Positions 46,682 to 55,616 of a DNA stretch of 62,292 nt are shown here, one piece after another (within the stretch, counting starts at the first letter, position 1; every line of letters begins with the position of its first letter). Both the position numbers and the translations under genes were made by a program. Location of the stretch: NCBI GenBank assembly GCA_937863565.1, contig CALMGJ010000013.1, positions 62,001-124,292 on the forward strand, read 5' to 3'. The notes under the pieces are model-generated. The model worked only from the letters and a program-made list of their open reading frames with translations. It made no database searches and was not told where the DNA came from. Source of the stretch: an uncultured bacterium. GTDB taxonomy: Bacteria; AUK180.

Positions 46682-49444
46682 TTAAAAATCCGCCCCTATA
46701 TTGAATTGAAAATACGTCCTCGGGTAGACCTTGAAAAAATCCCATTTCTTGGCAAAATCGAACATGAGGTCGAAATACCCTACCTGGAACCGTATGCCGA
46801 AGCCGACGGACGCCCTTATATCGTCGAATCTCAATTCACCGCTCTCTTTGGTAAATGCCCGGAAATCATCGTTCAGCCAGGCGCTGCCCATATCGACGAA
46901 CATCACACCCCTGATATAATAAAAATTGAAAAGGCCGGAGAATCTGATGATATCGATGAAAGGTATGCGCATTTCAAGGTTCGAGAAAAAGGCATTATTC
47001 CCGTAGATCGACATGGGATAATATCCACGTATCGTTCCGATCCCCCCGAGATAGATATAATTCTTGTCGTCTCCCCATGAATTGTATTCAAAGAACCTGA
47101 ACGCAAGAGAGCTTCTCATCGTAAGCCTGAAATAAGCGCGGTAATCGAGAATGAAACTGTAGTTGGAAAAATAGCTCTTCGTGAGAGGATATGAGTTGGT
47201 GAAGGAAAGCATGTACCGGCTGCCGCTATTGTACGTGAAGAAACCCGCTTTCGTGGAATCGCTTATGAAACTCACGGTATTGGAGAACATCCTTTTCTGG
47301 CTCGGGTATCCGTAGATGATGCGGAAAATATCATCCCAGTAGGCAACCCCGTATTTGATCTCGTACTCGAGTCTCTTATATTTACTTAAGGGGTATATCA
47401 GAAAGAGCGAAGCGCCGTAGGAGCCCTCGCTCCCTATATCCTGATATTCCCAGAAATAATAATCGTTCCTGAGATTAAAAACGGAGACGCCCCAGTTGAG
47501 GCGGTGCCGCTGAGTGAAATAATAAGCATAGAAATTATCGAATTGCCTTACGGCGTCGATGTTAAGGACCAATCTGATATCACCGAGAATGTCGGAAAGC
47601 GTTATATTCGAGTAATTCTCGATTATACCGTTCTCGTAAGTTATATAAGAGGATACGTTCACAGGGAACAGTTTCAGCTTGTAATCCTTTACGTTCTTCA
47701 AGTATTTTACATCACTGTAATCGGGTTTTTCGGAAAGATCGGAAAAAGCCTTTTCCGCTTCGGTCCCGTATTGTTTCATTTCTGAAAGTTTCCGGAGAAA
47801 TGTCCTGTAGGTGCCCTTGAAATACGAAGTGAACGCAACGGATCTGCCGTCCGGGGAGAGCTGGGCCATGAAATTCCCCCCCTGGGTGTTCGTTATCCTG
47901 GATGTGAACCCGGTGCTCAGGTCATGGATAAAAAGATTTGGGATGCCTGCGAACCTGTCTGAAGTGAAGATGATCTTTCCGCCGTCAGCCGATATGTTCA
48001 GTTCAACATCATTGCCCGGCCCGCCCGTTATCTGGGTCTCCGACCCTGTGGAAAGGTCGAGGCGGAATATCTTGTCCAGGCCGGCGGTCCTTCTCGTGAA
48101 GTAGAGCCCGTCGCTCACGGGATCGTAATTGACGAATTTACAATACTCCCTTCCTTCGGTGACCGGTGCGGTCTCGCCTACCGCTGTATCAAAGATGTAA
48201 ATGCTTCTCCCGAGACTGTTCTCCGCGGTAAAAAAGATGCTGTAATTATCTTTCCAATCCGGATATCGCGGTTTTAAAAGATCCCCCATGCGGTATTTAT
48301 CGACCGTACCCGAGAGGATATTTATCACAAGAAGAACATCTGCGCGTCCGTCCCGGGCGAATACGGCCAGTTTGTTCCCGTCCGGGGATATGCTCATCGA
48401 GTTCTCCTCAACGATGATATACTCGTAAAGCCCTGTATAGAAAGGCGTGAGGCGCTTCAGCGTCTTCATTCCCGAATCATCTGTCACGTATATGTCCAGA
48501 TTGGCGTTTTTCGTCGTGATAAGGGCAAGTGTTTCTCCCGAAGGGAAGAATACGGGTTGCACCCATATATCGTCCGGAGCGTTCTCGAAAAAGAATGGGG
48601 TGCCGTATTCGGAATCAGGATCTTCAAGGACAGCGACCTCGGGCCAGTACTTCTTCTTGAGATAAGTGAACCATTTATCGTTCACTTGCTTATAGCTCAT
48701 ATTGAGGACTTTCTTGAAAATATCGTTCAGCGAATGCTGCGAGGAGCGTTTCAGGTAACGCACGAATTTACGGAAGGTTTCCAGTCCGAATGTTTCCATG
48801 AACCAGTCCGTGAAGCTCTGGCTGAGTTTATAGCATTTGTAAGCATCGGGAGTATAAGAGAAATTCTCCATCTCCTGCAGGGTGTAGAGGTCATTGTTCA
48901 TCACGGCATCCCTGAGGACCATGATGCCCTTCATATCCCAGAATTGCGAAAGATGCTCCGCTGTTCCTTCCATGAACCAGTCCGGGGGTGCCCGCGAGAA
49001 CAGAGAACTCCTGAAGATATGATACTGGAAGATATGCGTAAGCTCATGCCAGACAAGCGCCTTTAATTCCTCGTAAGGAGAATCTATAGGGACCACCAGC
49101 CTGTTCATCAGCATTTCAGCGAAACCGCCTACCTGCGGAGGGATGAAACCGGAGATGATATTGGTCTGCTCGAAATCACGGTGCGTACGGTATAGAATAA
49201 CGGGGGTTTTTTCTTTTATCTTGAACTGGAAGAAATCAGAATGATGCCTGTATGCGCTTTCCAGCATATCGATGATCTCAAGAAGCCTTTCCTCCTCGCC
49301 GAAATAGTAATAGACATTGAAGTGTTCCGACTCTTTGATGAACCATTTGAAATCCTGATACTGTATCTTGTTCTTCCCGAAAGCGGAAGCGGAACCGCAT
49401 ATGAGGATGAGGGCCGCGATAAGGATATATTTCTTAACGGACAA
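46682..49444 (-). CDS. Omp85/BamA-superfamily protein with N-terminal HExxH peptidase-like and TolB-like beta-propeller domains
   Basis: Signal peptide, HELTH..WFMEG.AE, repeated SPDG/SADG blades, IRGY, FVDMG, terminal YFQFNIGADF. Confidence 0.85.
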   Translation of the reverse strand: MSVKKYILIAALILICGSASAFGKNKIQYQDFKWFIKESEHFNVYYYFGEEERLLEIIDMLESAYRHHSDFFQFKIKEKTPVILYRTHRDFEQTNIISGFIPPQVGGFAEMLMNRLVVPIDSPYEELKALVWHELTHIFQYHIFRSSLFSRAPPDWFMEGTAEHLSQFWDMKGIMVLRDAVMNNDLYTLQEMENFSYTPDAYKCYKLSQSFTDWFMETFGLETFRKFVRYLKRSSQHSLNDIFKKVLNMSYKQVNDKWFTYLKKKYWPEVAVLEDPDSEYGTPFFFENAPDDIWVQPVFFPSGETLALITTKNANLDIYVTDDSGMKTLKRLTPFYTGLYEYIIVEENSMSISPDGNKLAVFARDGRADVLLVINILSGTVDKYRMGDLLKPRYPDWKDNYSIFFTAENSLGRSIYIFDTAVGETAPVTEGREYCKFVNYDPVSDGLYFTRRTAGLDKIFRLDLSTGSETQITGGPGNDVELNISADGGKIIFTSDRFAGIPNLFIHDLSTGFTSRITNTQGGNFMAQLSPDGRSVAFTSYFKGTYRTFLRKLSEMKQYGTEAEKAFSDLSEKPDYSDVKYLKNVKDYKLKLFPVNVSSYITYENGIIENYSNITLSDILGDIRLVLNIDAVRQFDNFYAYYFTQRHRLNWGVSVFNLRNDYYFWEYQDIGSEGSYGASLFLIYPLSKYKRLEYEIKYGVAYWDDIFRIIYGYPSQKRMFSNTVSFISDSTKAGFFTYNSGSRYMLSFTNSYPLTKSYFSNYSFILDYRAYFRLTMRSSLAFRFFEYNSWGDDKNYIYLGGIGTIRGYYPMSIYGNNAFFSNLEMRIPFIDIIRFSGLFNFYYIRGVMFVDMGSAWLNDDFRAFTKESGELRFDDIRASVGFGIRFQVGYFDLMFDFAKKWDFFKVYPRTYFQFNIGADF

Positions 49445-50108
49445 TGAGATACCTCTCCATTCTCTGTTTTCTCGGCATATAATCGGAGAAAGCGTTCTTC
49501 AGATATTTCTCCATGCTTGCCATCATATATTCCTCGGTCTCCGGGACGCTGTCGGAATATTCATCGCTTCCGGAAAACCTTTTTTCGAATATCAGTTCGT
49601 CCTTGCGTGCGTCGTAGAGAAAGAACACTACCGCAATGTTCATGATCACCTTCTTCTCGAATGTCTCCTTGTAATAATATGAATTGTACACGGGATCGAA
49701 AACCCTCCTGTAAACATATCCCTCGGAGTGAGTAATGTCAAGATCGACGGAAGTGAAAAGTATACGGTCAGCGGATGCACGTGCCGGAAAACGTATATCC
49801 GAGAACGATATGTTCTTCGGGTCCTTCCTGTCAACGGTGAAGGAGAATGTATTGGACACCGTGCTCTCCACATTGAGTTCGGAAAGAGTGTCTCTGGCGA
49901 AACCCGGGAAATCGTTCCTTAATGCGTCCAGGGGTTCTTCCGCCGCGGAAGAGATCTTCACATCGGGGCGTGTTAACATGATCCCTGAGATCCCCGATGC
50001 GGACATCTTTGGTTTCAAGGCCATCTCCCAGGAATGTTTGACATAATGCATGCAGCCGGATGAGAGAAGGACCGCGGAAATGAGGAGCATCCTAATCGTT
50101 CTTTTCAA
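49434..50108 (-). CDS. Putative lipoprotein
   Basis: Signal peptide ending LSSG-C. Confidence 0.7.
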   Translation of the reverse strand: MKRTIRMLLISAVLLSSGCMHYVKHSWEMALKPKMSASGISGIMLTRPDVKISSAAEEPLDALRNDFPGFARDTLSELNVESTVSNTFSFTVDRKDPKNISFSDIRFPARASADRILFTSVDLDITHSEGYVYRRVFDPVYNSYYYKETFEKKVIMNIAVVFFLYDARKDELIFEKRFSGSDEYSDSVPETEEYMMASMEKYLKNAFSDYMPRKQRMERYLIVR

Positions 50109-50418
50109 GTATCTCGGTCACCCTTCTTTTATTCACTTCAACGCCTCTATTCGTCTTGATTATTTCGAGGGCCGCTTCGTATTGGGCCAGCGCTTCCTCG
50201 TATCTCCCCTGTTTTTCGAGACAGACGCCCAGATTATTCCGGGCGGCCCAATCTGAAGGATCCTTTTCGATGAGTTTTCTGAACCTGAACTCAGCTTCCC
50301 TGTTGAGATTCATCTGCATCGCCTTGATCCCGTAATTGTTCTCGAGACGCACGGTATTCATTCCGCATCCTTGAAAGAGAACAATAATAAGTGCTGCAAG
50401 AGTGAATATCCTTCTCAT
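50092..50418 (-). CDS. Small TPR lipoprotein
   Basis: LFQG-C lipobox; AARNNLGVCLEKQGRYEEALAQYEAAL TPR. Confidence 0.8.
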   Translation of the reverse strand: MRRIFTLAALIIVLFQGCGMNTVRLENNYGIKAMQMNLNREAEFRFRKLIEKDPSDWAARNNLGVCLEKQGRYEEALAQYEAALEIIKTNRGVEVNKRRVTEILEKND

Positions 50419-50777
50419 TCCTTGTACGCCGCTGCGAAAGCCACCGCATAATCCTGTTCATGCGAGATAGAAAGCTCCAACCTGATGTCTTTGACAAGTT
50501 CTCTCATCTCGGCGCTTTCGAATTCCGCAAAAGGCCCGTTAGGGCCGGTGATGACCGTCACATCGCTGAAATCGAAGGATATCTTGAAAGGCGATAAGGC
50601 CTTGTATAGCGCTTCCTTCGCCGCGAAACGGCCTGCTACCGTCTCCCACGGGCTTTCATGGGAATCCATATATTCGATCTCCTTCGCGGAGAAAAGTCTC
50701 TCAAGTTTTTTTCTCTCCGAGAACACTTCCTTTATCCTCGAAACGGAAACTATGTCCGTTCCCAATTTGATGATCAT
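50415..50777 (-). CDS. acpS: Holo-ACP synthase
   Basis: [19 protein letters not shown]. Confidence 0.95.
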   Translation of the reverse strand: MIIKLGTDIVSVSRIKEVFSERKKLERLFSAKEIEYMDSHESPWETVAGRFAAKEALYKALSPFKISFDFSDVTVITGPNGPFAEFESAEMRELVKDIRLELSISHEQDYAVAFAAAYKE

Positions 50778-52021
50778 AATCTGTTCTGATACAATGGGAA
50801 TCTCTTGCAGAGTTCTTCCACTTCCGCTTTAACTTTGGAGATATTCTCTTCATCCTTGGGGCTTTCAAGCACTCGGTTTATGAATGAGGCTATCGTTCTC
50901 ATATCCTCCTTACCCATACCTCTTGTCGTGACGGCGGGCGTGCCTACCCTTATGCCGGAAGCAACGAAAGGTTTCTCGGGATCGAACGGGATCGTGTTCT
51001 TATTGACCGTTATTCCTGCCTTCTCCAGGGCTTTCTCGGCCCTTTTCCCGGTAATGTTCTTCGGCCTCATATCAACGAGCATAAGATGGGTGTCAGTGCT
51101 GTCCGAAACGAGCCGGAGCCCGTGCCCGGTGAAAGCCTCAGCAAGGGCTTTTGCATTATCGAGCACGGCCTGCTGATATTTCTTGAAGTCGTCGCTCAGC
51201 GCTTCTTTGAAAGCGACCGCCTTTGCCGCGATCACATGCATGAGCGGGCCGCCCTGTATCCCCGGGAAAACATATTTATCGAGCATCTCCGCATACTGCG
51301 ATTTGCACATTACCATACCTCCGCGGGGGCCGCGCAAGGTCTTATGCGTAGTGGTGGTCACTATATCGGCATAAGGTATCGGGGACGGGTGAAGCCCTGT
51401 TGCGACAAGGCCGGCGATATGAGCTATGTCTACCACGAGATAAGCGCCCACTTCGTCCGCGATCTCCCTGAATTTCGCAAAATCCAGCGTTCTCGGATAT
51501 GCCGAAGCACCCGCCATGATAAGTTTAGGCTTAGCTTCCAGAGCCTTGACCCGTAGTTCCGAATAATCTATCATTTCGGTGTCCTTGTTCACCATGTACG
51601 GCACGACTTTGTAGAATTTTCCGGAAAAGCTGAGGGGATGACCGTGTGTCAGATGTCCTCCGTGAGAAAGGTCCAGGCCCATGATCGTGTCACCCGGCTG
51701 AATGAGCGTGAAATATGCCGCCATATTCGCCTGTGAGCCCGAATGTGCCTGTACATTAACGTGTTCAGCCTTGAAAAGCTCTTTCGCTCTCGCGATCGCG
51801 AGCTTCTCGGCCTCGTCGACGAATTCACAACCGCCGTAATATCTCTTATCGGGGTACCCTTCTGCGTATTTATTCGTCATTACCGAACCGAGCGCTTCAA
51901 GAACGGCTTCGGAAACGAAATTCTCCGATGCGATCAGTTCGAGATTAAATGCCTGCCTTTGGGTTTCTTTGAGCATTGCACTGAAAATTTCGGGATCTGT
52001 CTTTTTAAGATTTTCATTCAT
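50774..52021 (-). CDS. glyA: Serine hydroxymethyltransferase
   Basis: [34 protein letters not shown]; start ATG 52021 after GGAGG. Confidence 0.98.
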   Translation of the reverse strand: MNENLKKTDPEIFSAMLKETQRQAFNLELIASENFVSEAVLEALGSVMTNKYAEGYPDKRYYGGCEFVDEAEKLAIARAKELFKAEHVNVQAHSGSQANMAAYFTLIQPGDTIMGLDLSHGGHLTHGHPLSFSGKFYKVVPYMVNKDTEMIDYSELRVKALEAKPKLIMAGASAYPRTLDFAKFREIADEVGAYLVVDIAHIAGLVATGLHPSPIPYADIVTTTTHKTLRGPRGGMVMCKSQYAEMLDKYVFPGIQGGPLMHVIAAKAVAFKEALSDDFKKYQQAVLDNAKALAEAFTGHGLRLVSDSTDTHLMLVDMRPKNITGKRAEKALEKAGITVNKNTIPFDPEKPFVASGIRVGTPAVTTRGMGKEDMRTIASFINRVLESPKDEENISKVKAEVEELCKRFPLYQNRL

Positions 52022-52203
52022 TCGGAACCTCCGGGTCATCTTTTTGGATTATACCATAATTTTATTAAAAAACAAAAGACCATATTCTTCATTTTCATCC
52101 GGCTTGTGGCCCCGGCCGCGAACACAACAATACAACGTTCAATTATCGTAAAAAGTCACATTTTAGATAGAATAGAGACAGAATACCGCAAGGATCTTTG
52201 CCG

Positions 52204-53301
52204 TCAGCCGGCCGCTTCGGAGTACTCCTTCTCGAGTGAATCCACGAGCTCCTGCACTTTCATTATCCTGTCGATACGGTATGCGTTAGCTCCGGTGAAA
52301 GCGAACCCGTTCTCCAGTTTACCCAGCTTTGCGTTCGTGAGAGCGAGCGCGATACAGTATGGGACATTCTGGTACTCACAGGTCCTGAGGCATTTCCAGG
52401 GGCATTTGAACGGTTTCTTGAGTCCGGCCTCGACATCGTTGAGGAAAGCGTTCCTCACAGCACGGCCGGGAAGACCGACCGGACTGTGTATGAGCATGAT
52501 ATCCTCTTTTTTGCATTTGATATACATATCCTTGAATTCCGGAGCGGCATCGCATTCTTCCGTTGCCACGAACCTTGTGGCCATCTGAACTCCAGCCGCT
52601 CCTTTTTTCATGATTTCGTATATGTCTTTTCCCGTATAAATGCCTCCGCCGGCTATCACGGGAATGTCCTTACCGTATTTCTTCCTGAAAGGTTCCACTT
52701 CGGCAATGACCTCAGGCAGAAGATTCTCCAGCCGGAAAGCCGGATCTTCGATATTTTCCCACTTGTATCCGAGATGACCGCCGGCCATGGGACCTTCAAG
52801 AACAACGGCGTCCGGTATATATTCGAAATGCCTTTCCCAGTACTGGAATATCATCTTGGTCACTCTTCCGGACGATACGATGGGCACGAGTTTCGGGAAT
52901 ACTTTTCTTGAAGGATCCAGAGGTTTCACTTTTGGATTGTAGGAGGGAATGCCGGCGCCCATGAATATAATATCTATCCCGCAGTCCACTGAAGCGTCCA
53001 CAAGATTGTCAAAATCGCTGAGCGCGACCATTATATTCACCCCGAGGATCCCTTTGGTCATTTTCCTCGCCTTCAAGATCTCTTTTCTGAGAGCGGACCT
53101 GTTGGCCGCATTCACGTTCTTAAAAAAATCTATCTCGAACATTCCGATGCCGGCTGTCGCTATAACACCGATCCCGCCTGCATTTGCAACAGCGGAAGCA
53201 AGACCGGAAAGAGAGACGCCGACACCCATACCTCCCTGAATGATGGGGATACGCGTTTCAAGATCGCCGATTCTAAGCGGCGGCATTTTTTTAGAATTCA
53301 T
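52204..53301 (-). CDS. Nitronate monooxygenase-family flavoprotein (FabK/FabX-like) with C-terminal Cys cluster
   Basis: PIIQGGMGVG, EGPMAGGHLG, AGGI, GVQMATRF, CPWKCLRTC..YC. Confidence 0.88.
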   Translation of the reverse strand: MNSKKMPPLRIGDLETRIPIIQGGMGVGVSLSGLASAVANAGGIGVIATAGIGMFEIDFFKNVNAANRSALRKEILKARKMTKGILGVNIMVALSDFDNLVDASVDCGIDIIFMGAGIPSYNPKVKPLDPSRKVFPKLVPIVSSGRVTKMIFQYWERHFEYIPDAVVLEGPMAGGHLGYKWENIEDPAFRLENLLPEVIAEVEPFRKKYGKDIPVIAGGGIYTGKDIYEIMKKGAAGVQMATRFVATEECDAAPEFKDMYIKCKKEDIMLIHSPVGLPGRAVRNAFLNDVEAGLKKPFKCPWKCLRTCEYQNVPYCIALALTNAKLGKLENGFAFTGANAYRIDRIMKVQELVDSLEKEYSEAAG

Positions 53302-53489
53302 CTGTTCCTACTCCGAATCAAGATGACGGTATACCGAGGGCATAATATTGTTTATCCGGCCTCAATACATCGCATTTTGAAATGCTTTATATAATTTTAT
53401 CATTTTTTGTAAAAAAAAACAAATCACATTTTTATCAGGTCCATTTAGATTATCGCAGTGCCCGTTTATAATTTAAAGAGGGAGAAAAG

Positions 53490-53562
53490 CGCCTGAGCAG
53501 GGACTCGAACCCCGAACCTAATGGTTAACAGCCATCCGCTCTGACCGTTGAGCTACTCAGGC
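53490..53562 (-). tRNA. tRNA-Asn(GTT), CCA not encoded
   Basis: Cloverleaf: acceptor GCCTGAG/CTCAGGC, D stem GCTC/GAGC, anticodon loop CT-GTT-AA, T loop TTCGAGT, G73. Confidence 0.95.
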
Positions 53563-53573
53563 GCAGAAGTTGT

Positions 53574-53601
53574 ATTATATGAAATTTTATTTTTAAGTCA
53601 A
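53574..53601 (-). promoter_or_regulatory. tRNA promoter
   Basis: TTGACT-N16-TATAAT, ending 11 nt upstream of the tRNA. Confidence 0.75.
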
Positions 53602-53603
53602 GC

Positions 53604-53960
53604 CTATTTTGCCGAAAAGGCCTCAAGCGCATCGAAAACGCCCCTTAATCCTGCAATGGCGGGGCCGCCACCCATTGCCGCCGCCACATAAGCGCCTTCA
53701 AGTATCTCCTCTTTTGAGGCTCCGGCTTGAAGGGCATCGGCCACATGGATAGCCAGGCAGTAGTCGCAGCGCGTTTGCACGGCAAGGGCCACTGCGATTA
53801 TTGTTTTCATTTTATGAGGCAAAGCTCCGTCTTTCGTAACGGCGCGGTTGAATGCCATGAAAGAGTTCATCACATCGGGGGCATGTCCTCCCAATTGTTT
53901 CATGACATCCTGGATCTGAGCAAGTTTTTTACCCATGTTCTTCTTAATACTCTCTTCCAA
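53604..53960 (-). CDS. Carboxymuconolactone decarboxylase/AhpD-like protein
   Basis: GAL..K...IAVALAV..RCDYCLAIH...GAS.EEI.E...MGGGP; TTG start. Confidence 0.88.
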   Translation of the reverse strand: MEESIKKNMGKKLAQIQDVMKQLGGHAPDVMNSFMAFNRAVTKDGALPHKMKTIIAVALAVQTRCDYCLAIHVADALQAGASKEEILEGAYVAAAMGGGPAIAGLRGVFDALEAFSAK

Positions 53961-54013
53961 TTTTTCCCCCTTTACCGTATTTTACACTATTTTTGTTTTT
54001 TTTTACAGAATAA

Positions 54014-54022
54014 TGTTATAAT
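54014..54022 (+). promoter_or_regulatory. Extended -10 promoter
   Basis: TGtTATAAT, 5 nt before ATG 54028. Confidence 0.65.
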
Positions 54023-54027
54023 TTTAT

Positions 54028-54738
54028 ATGAAAGCCGATCATATTCCGGATAAAGGACCGGGAGAAAAACTCCTTTTTATCTTTCTCCTTTCCGTTGCTT
54101 TCGGTTTCTTAGAAGCCGCAACTGTGATCTATCTTCGCAGCATGTACTATCCCGGAGGTTTTTCCTTCCCCCTCAATTCCTTTCTGGACCTTCACATCTA
54201 TTTCGTTGAGATCTTAAGGGAAGCAGCCACAATGCTCATCATTTTTTCCGCTGCTGCGCTCTGCTGGAAGGATCTTAAACGAAGGTTCTTGACTTTTTTC
54301 CTTATATTCGGGATATGGGATATCTTCTACTATGTTTTCCTCAAGATCTTCCTCGATTGGCCGGCTGTAATGTCTGAGTTCGATGTGCTCTTTCTCATCC
54401 CGATCACTTGGACCGGTCCGGTCTGGGCACCGGTTTGTGTCAGCGTCATCTTCATCGCTTCCGCTCTTTTTCATTTTAAAAGACCCGGCAAAATCTCCAT
54501 TCTGAACTACGGTCTTTTTCTCGGCGGATTATTCCTGATCTACTTTTCTTTCACGATAGATTACTACGCTTTCCTGAGGGCGCACGATTTCTTTTCAAAT
54601 CCTACCGTTGCGTTCGGAAGACAGATCGTATCCGCTTATGTCCCCGGAAGATTCCCCGTAGAGATATTCATACCGGGAACGGTTCTTGTATTAACGATCT
54701 TTTTCGATCTCGGAAAGAGAAAACCGCGAGCTCAGTAA
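54028..54738 (+). CDS. Hypothetical polytopic membrane protein
   Basis: About 6 hydrophobic segments; LEAATVIYLR, REAAT, WDIFYY, DVLFLIP..WTGPV. Confidence 0.8.
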   Translation: MKADHIPDKGPGEKLLFIFLLSVAFGFLEAATVIYLRSMYYPGGFSFPLNSFLDLHIYFVEILREAATMLIIFSAAALCWKDLKRRFLTFFLIFGIWDIFYYVFLKIFLDWPAVMSEFDVLFLIPITWTGPVWAPVCVSVIFIASALFHFKRPGKISILNYGLFLGGLFLIYFSFTIDYYAFLRAHDFFSNPTVAFGRQIVSAYVPGRFPVEIFIPGTVLVLTIFFDLGKRKPRAQ

Positions 54739-54947
54739 GAGAATATCTTGTCTTTGGACCTGTGCCCGGCAGTCAGCTCGAGGGAGCTCGGGGGTATTTT
54801 CAGGAATTCCGCAAGCAGTTTTCTCACGCTTTCATTAGCTTTACCGTCGACAGGCGCCGTGGTCACGCGGACGCGGAAAGACCCGTCCGTGAGCTGTTCG
54901 ACGCTATTCCTGCTTGCCTTTGTTATTACCCGTACTTTTATTTTCAC
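54732..54947 (-). CDS. DUF167/UPF0235 (YggU-like) protein
   Basis: VRVTTAPVDGKAN, GHRSKDK. Confidence 0.88.
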   Translation of the reverse strand: MKIKVRVITKASRNSVEQLTDGSFRVRVTTAPVDGKANESVRKLLAEFLKIPPSSLELTAGHRSKDKIFSY

Positions 54948-55548
54948 CTTTCATCTCATTAACAAGATGCTGAAGTTCATTGGCCTTCTTCTGGAAGAAA
55001 TTCTTCAGGTCATTGAGTAGTTCTTCGCGGTATTTTTTCAGTTTACCGATATCATCCTGATAGTTCTTCTTTATCGATTCTATCTCGGAAAGATATTTAT
55101 TCCTGTGTTCCTTTGCGCTTTTTACGATCTCGGCAGCTTCGTTCTCCGCGGTTTCGATGATCTTGTTTTTTTCGGCGGTAAGTTCATTTTCCTTTTTGCT
55201 GAGATTGTCCTTTATCGCCTGATGTTCTTTCTCGTACTTGCTTTTCAACTCCTCGGCAATAGTTTGAGTGGACAGGAGCGCATTGTTCATTTTGGTTTCC
55301 ATGTCCTTGTATCTTTTCACATCGCCTTCAAGTCTGTTGATCACCTCCTTTAAAAGAGCGTTCTCCTTCCAGAGGTCCTGATAACTTTCGTATATCTCTA
55401 TAATGAAATCGTTCACTTCTTCCTGAGCATATCCTTTGAGCTTTTTCGTGAATTCCTTGTTTTTTATCGCGATCGGGGTGAGTCTGGAGCTCTCCTCCTT
55501 TTTCTTCTTTGCCCATTCGAGAAGATTGCCGTCTTCATTAGCGGTCAT
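54904..55548 (-). CDS. divIVA: DivIVA-domain coiled-coil protein
   Basis: LTPIAIKNKEF.K.LKGY...EVNDF followed by long coiled coil; start ATG 55548 after AAGGAGG. Confidence 0.85.
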   Translation of the reverse strand: MTANEDGNLLEWAKKKKEESSRLTPIAIKNKEFTKKLKGYAQEEVNDFIIEIYESYQDLWKENALLKEVINRLEGDVKRYKDMETKMNNALLSTQTIAEELKSKYEKEHQAIKDNLSKKENELTAEKNKIIETAENEAAEIVKSAKEHRNKYLSEIESIKKNYQDDIGKLKKYREELLNDLKNFFQKKANELQHLVNEMKGENKSTGNNKGKQE

Positions 55549-55616
55549 TGTTCCCTCCTTGGCGGACATCCGTCCTAATGGTGCCGGGCCGGCAGCGTTC
55601 GCGAATAATATTCGGA

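Noticed and set aside
52060-52203. Glycine or ZTP riboswitch upstream of glyA
   Set aside because: No recognisable consensus, and an extended -10 box at 52048-52056 lies downstream of this region
53490-54738. tRNA as an integration site for a genomic island
   Set aside because: No integrase and no duplicated tRNA 3' end seen; flanks are ordinary genes
54732-55548. DivIVA in a diderm as a novelty
   Set aside because: divIVA next to DUF167 is already known in several diderm lineages
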